DNA of 48,839 nt, from the NCBI GenBank assembly GCA_043816965.1, contig JBDRHK010000040.1:1-48839 (forward strand), written 5' to 3'. A program made the translations under genes and the position numbers. The first letter of the stretch is position 1; each line of letters starts with the position of its first letter. The DNA is from Candidatus Iainarchaeum sp. Lineage in GTDB: Archaea > Iainarchaeota > Iainarchaeia > Iainarchaeales > JAFCCJ01. The notes below the pieces were generated by a model. That model saw only the letters and a program-made list of their open reading frames with translations. It ran no database searches and had not been told where the DNA came from. This document shows, piece after piece, positions 45,901 to 48,839 of the stretch.

Positions 45901-48838
45901 TCCCACCAGGCAGGCTCCTTGCGTTTGCAAATTTTCCGCCGACAATTGTTGAGCCTGTAGCTGTCCCCGGGTATGAACTGCTTACTAGATTGGAAACTGT
46001 GGTGCCGCTTGTTTCATCCATTGGCCATATTGCGGTTGCTATGGTATCAATATCCCAAAAGGCGTTCAAATCAAGGTCTTTTACAATAAGGTTTTCAAAT
46101 GTTCCTGGTGTTGTTGAGTAGTATATGTCTGCATAAACATTGGTATCGGCATCTGAAATATTGAAATCGATTCCATAATTATAATCTGTAACATAGCCTA
46201 TATTGTCCCCGCCACTTGGGGAATTGAGGATGACTGCCGGGGCTGAACCTGCAACAGTGAAAGATATTGAATTTGTATCATAGGCATTTTCCCTATAATC
46301 CTGGCAGGCGTAGTAGTAGGTGTAAGTTCCTCCTACAATGTCGCCGAATGAGCAGGTATATTGTATTCCGGATTTGGTGCAGGAATTGCCCATTGACGCA
46401 TAAACAACATTTGTGTCGTTCCATTTGCAGGCAACTCCTGCAGCGTTGAAATCTGAAATGCTCAAAAGGAGGTTGGTGTCCCCATCGGAAACTGAATCCA
46501 GGTATGGTGCTTCGCTGTCCCCGGCGAGTGAAACTAATGAGACTGTTGGTGCTGTGTTGTCGATTTGGAAAAGGCTGTTGGAAGAATCAAATTTGTTTGC
46601 ATCTGACGAGTCGGCAATATTTACATCTATGTAGTAGTTGCCGTCGGATATGCTTATTGTATTCCAGTCATATGTGCAATTGGTTGAATTCACGAAATTT
46701 AAATCTGAACAACCATAGGGCAATTTGTGTGTGTCTTCAGAACCGATACTGGCAGTAGGTTCGGTTGCCGCGTATTTTCTTACTCTAATCCAGTCCCAGT
46801 ATGTTTCATAAGATTGGCCAGTATATAAATTATCATATCTTTGACCAATAACAATTGGCTCTGAAGAAATTGTATTTGAAATGTTTGAAACATTTTGATA
46901 ACTTGCGTCAGTATTGTAATTAGTCACCGATATATCGGCTTGAGTCGAAGATTTGATTGAGATTTTTGTATAAAGATTTGTAGCTGCTGGCGAAGTAGCC
47001 GCCATCGCAACCCAACCGCCATTACTTCGATAATAATCATTAACGGGATGATTGAGGAAACCTAAACCATTGCTAGTTGATAACCAAGTACCTAACACCT
47101 GGTGTCCATTGGCCCCTATTGTAATATAACGGCTTTTTGATTCCAATATAACGCCATTACTGAATGTGGTTATAGAGGTCAATCTGCCAGTAGTATTAGT
47201 CCCTTTTAATTCTCCTCCAGTAACACTCCAACCAGTGGCATTTGTGATTGTCCAATTCGAGGTGTTTACAGAACTATCTGGAAAATCATCGAAGAAAACA
47301 AAGGTGTTTGCCCCATTAGTGTCTGCAGAAGCTTCTGAATTCCCATAATGCAGATTAATGGTCGAGGTTCCTGATGTTGGAACCTCCACCCATAAAGTTG
47401 ATGTTCCACTTGCGTTCCATGTTTCTATCCAGTAATCCAGTAAGTTGTTGCCAGTATCAGTAAATCTGAGGTCATCTCCGCCAGATAAAACATTTGAATA
47501 ATCGAAATTTCCGGTGGTTAATTGAACTTTAACTTGATAATTTGCAGAAGGGGTTGTTGGGCTTAATGTGATAGTTCTTTTATACTCATAAGTTCCATCT
47601 GCAAGGGGATAATCAGATAAGACTGACAAGTTAAAATCGCTAACAATTAACTCCTCAAATCCTCCTGCCGCTGAGGAGTAGTAAATGTCAGCTGTTAAAA
47701 CATCCCCGTCTGTGTCCATTATATTGAAATCTATTGTGTAATTTCCGTCCTTTGTGGCGGAGATTGTTTCCCCTCCATTTGGGAGGTTTACATTGACATC
47801 TGGATTGGTATTTGCCATATTAACTGTGAAATCCAACTGTGATGTTGTTGAATTATTGTCCATGCGATCCCCACAAGTGTAATAGTAAGAGTAGGACCCG
47901 TTCAGTAAATTCCCGAAATCGCAAAAGTATTGGGAAGCGTTCTTTGTGCATTCCCCATTAGGGGAAGCCATTCCAGCAATATCATCCCACCAGCATTGCA
48001 CCTCCCCCATTTCATAATCAGTAACATCAAGGTAGGCATTGGTGTCGAAATCTTTTATCGTGTCCTCATAGGGTGCTTCTGTGTCTGCACCCAGGTTGTT
48101 AACTGTGACATTTGGCGCATTGGAATCAACCATGAAATTGTTGTCAGAGCTGTCGCCGCCAATTGCCCCATATGTATCATAAATATTGATGTCTACATAA
48201 TAGTTCCCATCCGCAATATTTGTAATATCCCAGTTGTACCAGCATTTGGTGGATGTTGTGAAATCGCTGTCCATGCATGAGACGCGGTAGAGCTGGGTCA
48301 ATTCATCAGAACTTAAGGCCCTTGTGAAAACCATAACACTGTCAGCCTTCCCTGTTGAGTAGGAGCCTCCAATCGGCTCATAGCCCAAATACAAAGTTCC
48401 TGAGGAATCATTCACATCCCCTGATGCTGCCGCTGAATTGCATTCCTTACCATTAACATAAATCTTCCTGTTCGAACCGTCAAGGACACATGCTATGAAA
48501 TACCATTCGCTTGCGGAATAGCTCTGTGAGCAGGAGATTGTGGCTGCATTGGTTGCGGTTGCAAGTGCACATTCTGAGGAGGTTTCAGTAAGGTTAATGT
48601 ACTTGTTTTCATTTCCTGCGTCATATTTCTTTACAATCATATTAGGGGAGAGCCAGGCGGCAATTGTTGCAGTAGTTCCCAAATTCAATGAATCAGGGCC
48701 GCTTACATAATCATTTGTTGCCCCTTGTAAAGCCTGACCAAACTTTCCTGAAGTATAAGCCATTGCATCTGCCAATGTTCCGTTATTGCCATTTCCGCTG
48801 AGGTCTGTTGCAGTTGTTCCTGTCCCTTCATCAAGACC
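30929..48838 (-). CDS. Giant (>5,960 aa, 5'-truncated) surface/adhesin protein: LamG x3, DUF2341-like x2, ~21 disulfide Ig-like repeats, Cys-rich repeats, ZU5/GAIN-like HFS domain, CARDB-like, MopE-like repeats
   Basis: The frame stays open past the TTG at 48775 to the window edge, reading GLDEGTGTTATDLSGNGNNGT, a typical LamG start. Domains were recognised from motifs W.LDE..G, DLRFTD..LDYWIE, FSC..W..GC, CGDG.C and I.E.NE.NN. Confidence 0.9.
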   Translation of the reverse strand, partial: GLDEGTGTTATDLSGNGNNGTLADAMAYTSGKFGQALQGATNDYVSGPDSLNLGTTATIAAWLSPNMIVKKYDAGNENKYINLTETSSECALATATNAATISCSQSYSASEWYFIACVLDGSNRKIYVNGKECNSAAASGDVNDSSGTLYLGYEPIGGSYSTGKADSVMVFTRALSSDELTQLYRVSCMDSDFTTSTKCWYNWDITNIADGNYYVDINIYDTYGAIGGDSSDNNFMVDSNAPNVTVNNLGADTEAPYEDTIKDFDTNAYLDVTDYEMGEVQCWWDDIAGMASPNGECTKNASQYFCDFGNLLNGSYSYYYTCGDRMDNNSTTSQLDFTVNMANTNPDVNVNLPNGGETISATKDGNYTIDFNIMDTDGDVLTADIYYSSAAGGFEELIVSDFNLSVLSDYPLADGTYEYKRTITLSPTTPSANYQVKVQLTTGNFDYSNVLSGGDDLRFTDTGNNLLDYWIETWNASGTSTLWVEVPTSGTSTINLHYGNSEASADTNGANTFVFFDDFPDSSVNTSNWTITNATGWSVTGGELKGTNTTGRLTSITTFSNGVILESKSRYITIGANGHQVLGTWLSTSNGLGFLNHPVNDYYRSNGGWVAMAATSPAATNLYTKISIKSSTQADISVTNYNTDASYQNVSNISNTISSEPIVIGQRYDNLYTGQSYETYWDWIRVRKYAATEPTASIGSEDTHKLPYGCSDLNFVNSTNCTYDWNTISISDGNYYIDVNIADSSDANKFDSSNSLFQIDNTAPTVSLVSLAGDSEAPYLDSVSDGDTNLLLSISDFNAAGVACKWNDTNVVYASMGNSCTKSGIQYTCSFGDIVGGTYTYYYACQDYRENAYDTNSISFTVAGSAPAVILNSPSGGDNIGYVTDYNYGIDFNISDADTNVYADIYYSTTPGTFENLIVKDLDLNAFWDIDTIATAIWPMDETSGTTVSNLVSSSYPGTATGSTIVGGKFANARSLPGGTASVSRIDVADNAVFDSPKTLIAWVKPTDSTPPQDGFIISKRHYVAYDFFLGGPYCDGWRLYQQTNGLLRWQIDNDCSGASVYSDAPLPTDEYSMVAVTQNASGINMYVYNTQDKNIYQANQANNGPSANTEPLRIGNIAYTESTDNGFEGIIDDVRVYNSVLTDDQVNRIYNHRMLNNGSCENRGFTNSTKCVYFWDILGVADGNYYIDVNIHDPQDNNATDSSTTFFQLDNTAPDINIASLGGDTTANPYFDSTDDSAVDLVLDVWDLNMSAVSCRWDVNNAVYTSMRNDCTKSGTQYTCPFGDLDDSTYTRYYSCRDYLTNTSAPTPILFKVAIAGPTTSTDANGLWQDTDFNAHLFCAAPPNWFDSSFAYRKAIAIQNVGTTNLDNTYALDAGDFNTAELIAAGKMKSDCSDLRIVYNGAEIDREILGCNTGNSLIQFKLQNSIPAATGSVADNYQNLLTDYLTETLTTTCDDGSVILGSVSYTGENCLFCVDYEATGMAQSCGVCTSGDKSCSITYGANCSPDCHSTCTKSNRLKTHCAADGSIFTTAPVDNNYTIYYGNPAATPPPNDYQDIFRFGDNFNDNNLRTTPKDGTNYRYFYSRNNTNANPISETGGELRFECVGACTGQIDKSRALIYNIGTTGNWVASVKLTSNNLLQSSLAGIFVGADNTTGSMVFGRTNTSGGQLSMITYYANGNTPQSWRNLDVTTLPIWLRVITVEEDDPSIYVYYSTDGINWTHGGGVSSLADADWIGLLQGHESSSTLVSTFDNFSIKKLIKTQPKYHYGTEETYTSANNDCDTTKYRIDTDPTSGESMPESWQDYDSNIYIAQEGDWKLEFYSTDDSATTEATKSAYVRIKNSVPPALSFNSLSGDETINARYQSNYLIDFNITDLDFNNFSDNIHADIYYSTASGIYENSIITGFDLNSLANPNLVGFWPLDENTGAWAYDLSGFRENALVSIAGVNRASPNPQWISGVRDGAIDLNIIEGLDFYLPVSLALTAQDLTFSAWIYPKYNVNNSGIALGDSTQISYEESYLERDADGTIQWATGGSNIFGRPTLTSSGTLALNTWSHLVATCDYSLNSKKLFFNGIFDTAGPTIGAGAYCWHNFVRTGFGTGLLAAQLQRDNILSIDDIKFYNRALTPGEVEREYKFGFPQPCSDSNFMNQVDCGYDWNTSSVNPGRYYIDINIYDEHGHEVSFSSPGRLTIANFIDNTGPIGTILINNDDVGTESTTVNLSMTYSDDYSGTTDMSFSCDNSNWAEWETVSTVKNGFDMSANEAAGCSTATYGDKTIYVRFRDAEGNIGQSSNDTIFYDDALPPGSPQVSVAAYSGRTGYTNDPTPMLNTIATLAYYMRFSCASSYTSNASYATAYNLFDVASGSNGCQTEDGNRLISAIYEDSVGNSASAVETDSFYLDRTNPVFSSFTITDTNGFTTDSSPEFTISAADSSSSGMDGMKFSCNQTEWSQWFTYDASLNSGADDFRIGDYNFGCAGAESELITVYTKVRDRGFNESEILTDTTYYDINPPEASVSVVGGTDITDANLLLEIAATDNASGVKDVALSCDDSTYTSVYDFNTQYSDTNRVAYLDFNVTSGAGCVNEDGSKIIYAKIRDHLNNSLVVSTTVVLDLPIGANDVDIDIIDNFGYTNLSKPIMKVQIGSALDVNAMRFSCDNSNWSTGSVVSADYNSFDVVTGAGCSAGDGSKTIYAQFYSPASGNWGSYSSSDSTTYDATAPTGTIVASQSNYYVLGYTNDSTPLFDTAATDATAGMHEMAFSCDGSLFTDWVTYTSQYFDFNLLDPTNGGCQNIDGNKTAYIKYKDRAENQIVVNTTNSTIITLEGDDDNFRNKTGLVLFDGGATGQILYLQSSDSSFVIDTNNPYDVNVELDIGQWSGLFGYTNDDAPPFVINGQDLTSSIYDMAFSCNGIDFSSKVTYTKYYSSFDVKPNSFQYGCPVRDGQRRIYVRLTDRSGNSVVGAADTGIWWLDTVMPVLSSIIIDTSDQDTTSDSVPPISINASDTLSGLYDLNLSCNPNGPWKNQSYTSVISDFNLVSGLYGCGTSQGLKRIYAIVRDRAYNESVVKTDDVSYDLSAVEEAYVSINGVAKNSWIRDSSVTLRCTSAASDIDVYEFRYTIDDNGTGWTTLVTDDTDGSYLWTTPDNDSNIAIDCRFKDTAANYSNRDTAYYSGIDKSVPATTDNIPVGWQTSVSVTLTCTDTGPSACERSMYRLNSGSWFTYVGPVTVTTEGINTFYYYSIDNAANQEGTKSKQIYIDAIQPVLNSITIADTAEYTATRYPSISVSKSGDSSYIEFNCDNGSSWRRWTYNNPISLFDITQSGYGCLNNANGSVTVYARLVDLAGNLSEVKSDTTYYDTIAPSSPSILIEGGAGATNDTTPLLNLSATDSGSGLYQMQFSCNGSSWTSWTAYATSYSRFNLYTSSYGCGIYDGLRNIYVRFMDRVGNVSSSASDNIYLDAGPPVNNSISISSFSGTLRYTNDTTPNFSTSSNGATFMRFSCSSNPSNFTSNITYGSSYNDTFDITTGAGCSNTDGAKQVYAIYEDDTNNSSSPVSTYANGGYFYLDRSKPVLTSMAITKTSGYTSDSTPPLTFSASDSTSGVYEARFSCNGSSWSGWYAYSASMSSPISLRSSSYGCLPLVDGTVTLYSQLRDRAYNISNEIRNDSVIVDTTSPTGTILIEGGAASTTNQKPALTISASDVGIGVSQMRFSCNGSSWTDWTAYATSYSDFNIISGSQGCAYGGGTKYVFAQFRDTLTNTSSSVSDSIILNWAPPADPGEISTSIIVIDNFGFTNDSTPQINISVVAGEDASVSHMRFSCDNASWTNEVANDTSYSSFNIASGTNGCSTSDGSRTIYAQFKDGDGIWGNVASDTTNYDTTPPATGTISVTYTGTSGYVNNITPTFNISGAGADWMRFSCNGVSYNSNILYAITHNSFNIRPASTIYGCGTADGTRAVYVLFSDYAGNIATSAASTPVFTLDTAPPSNLSLSTTYSGLSGYVNTATPVLNFLASDGLSGVYQMQFSCNGSSWKDWQSYSNSISNFNLSSELYGCDSIEGARAVFARARDNAYNVSPSTMISFVLDSEAPQNQSIEIERWTGNYRYTFDDAPPLVLSASDATSGVYEMQFSCDNSDWTDAWKPFAYRYSIFDVRPTFPQYGCNVDQGTKIIYTRFRDRAYNISADANTGYWTLDQNAPIDVTISVAAFTGIGRYTNDSSPSFTVSSKDTLSGISSLKFSCNDVDYTGWLTFDASGQDCAVSCSQTFNVGAVTDFDVKSGLYGCGTEDGNRTVYAVVRDDAGVTSVSNHTGKGNNSFYVDTTAPSVSVDAPTENQMLGGVVQLFNTISDSGSGMFASWLTVNRDGNSTIIYDANLTSEGGWDSDWNSDSYSEDIYNLTVNARDRAGNIISTVRNFNVSRLNPTIQFLVPNPNNLYYSSSIDYNVYFSHFALQDVNVEVMNNSDSNNVVSTQSSEDLNNTSTTSTYLGATINISGYSNNTVFWVDAEATDTASNYARAITYFIVDNSAPTGDINIMDTNNFTRSTTPDLNLTYSDAVSSVEFMRFSCDNSNWTGWITASATYSGFSIIDTAYGCNASDGSKTIYVQYRDSAGNASISYSDSTTLDTGAPSGTIVIAGGAQTTNSQVPALTLSASDGTGIGVKDMAFSCNNLTWTDYVAYATSYSDFNLFDTTTAGCTNRMGFREVYVQFRDTLNNSSLISVGSGDYVSDIYDTIFVDINIDAAAEMDVCPEYLESAQFTLSWAGASDSNSLAYYNIQVSPNGINWQPIHQTSTGDELSFDYNILTSDLNGVCGDGRCTPGENCPNDSYDCPFEMSCTNGCRPQADVTFSCGDSRCDPGEYCPIDTVDCAFGYFCRSGCQPDTIPPDNQSPTCPDNVCDSGEYCMYDSVACYNSYGDGWMCKGGIGVDGCVQTTSVAYQCGDGTCDIGENCPYDNANCEIGMACINGCVPTNDTTALGGGKSFDAFNGSLDGFMFYKVETFDEAGNMAESETIKCIIDAESPFQMPYGNGRAIVRATDYGDYNIYVPPSASSLGSDTNLSVDYNATPPTFRFGRMYKAFNIDTPEHSFAFNSDTPATLTLSYTESELDCAPSCTVADEEKLKLYWWNDDTNSWNAVPSTVDTTNNKVTGDVNHFSPWGVGEDEDPPTLTSVTITDTACDQSEGCTNDTTPTITIDAGADSEDMNISCSVTGPWLNQPYTSSVTDFDISSSSYGCLGGSDGSTTVYVKVADDSANWSSAENDSTYYDSTAPVVTISSPTNGSTVTTSTVTLQYSAVETGSGIGAYWVKVDSDNWILNNSLTSYIYAGQSDGEHTYSVKAGDKLDTNSTTAWVTVTASVSGETPGGNVCGNGNCETGESCSSCPNDCGSCSACDNDGICESGENSTNCPNDCPICDNDGVCESGENITNCPNDCGGTSCGDGSCNGLEICGTSDVSPECQTDCGVCNNRCVSDLGGWVCEALAYCPSSLVSGADDLGPGQVCCSTPCTSDLTVSSISSSIDADEGEIVYISAAITNLSGSVNQNFRVSLREDSASGNELAFQDITNSLDPMDEGESVQVLFEFIYDRTDSVMADWNGIDKEFYVVADSLGDITEINESNNDGNAVIYFSTDEKCGNLRDDDLDGLIDEYCGIPDLYISSTDVASPVFIGNDLVEVDFNVVISSDYASASNFDVGFYKNDLNSSPMGVAYIDTISETENILIISRIESDIFTTIRTAGEEAGYDLLLQAPDPDIVDIFVYVDSGGAIDEVSENNNITQIGINPDGEICGNGIDDNNNGEIDEGCVELCGDGIDNNGDGQVDEGCVELCGDGIDNNNNGRIDEGCGLVYSYNPMLRNEELVYAFWQSEIDLPTYLFGLDDLTTPLADLDYYSLRRFVETAYVIEYPGQEFRINEIESTPEISNFRTFVFKNDSQFGIYDFGTVIDNRRNAFFGINDTRLMWWNDPIFLVRMHYMRIDNLRLLWWNR
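31386..31488. repeat. 60-nt-period coding repeat with 43 identical nt
   Basis: TTGTCTATTCCATCTCCGCAAAGTTCCACACAGCCCTCGTCAA at 31386 and 31446, encoding the DEGCVELCGDGIDN unit. Confidence 0.85.
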
Positions 48839-48839
48839 C

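Noticed and set aside
28051..48280. Plus-strand and alternate-frame ORFs inside the two large surface genes, including 32085-32879
   Set aside because: Antisense shadows of Cys/Asp-rich repeats, with no independent coding signal.
48773..48775. TTG at 48775 as the start of the giant ORF
   Set aside because: The frame is open to the window edge and encodes the start of a LamG domain. No signal peptide follows this codon.
30929..48838. Diversity-generating retroelement target
   Set aside because: No reverse transcriptase, and no template/variable repeat pair differing at adenines was seen in the window.

Overview
Archaeal chromosomal DNA, most likely from a DPANN lineage such as Diapherotrites/Iainarchaeota or Micrarchaeota. 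This placement is an inference from GGTGA Shine-Dalgarno sites, BRE/TATA promoters about 30 nt before leaderless ATGs, a multi-intron tRNA and gene content. From left to right the window holds: an unexplained tRNA-shaped GC-rich element; a two-intron tRNA-Val(TAC); four type II toxin-antitoxin modules spread over 22 kb; a hydrogenase maturation protease; basic orphan genes with shared promoters; coaBC; a beta carbonic anhydrase; and a 913-aa secreted glycan-binding protein. Next come a complete A/V-ATP synthase operon (H-I-K-E-C-F-A-B-D) with a 509-aa LAGLIDADG intein in subunit A, a pgk-hydBGDA (group 3b [NiFe]-hydrogenase) operon with a divergent cupin GPI, a membrane-anchored 955-aa surface protein, and a giant surface protein of more than 5,960 aa that runs off the right edge. 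Three signals stand out. (1) Orphan coding relics of a conserved C-terminal motif (SNTLTQxxDSxGILQF) form direct repeats around a Doc TA module upstream of the 913-aa gene. (2) The giant protein carries different lectin-like domains inserted at the same loop of a repeated scaffold domain, plus a candidate HF|S autoproteolysis site. (3) The double-intron tRNA lies next to a tRNA-shaped element. All domain names come from motif recognition by eye, not from database searches.
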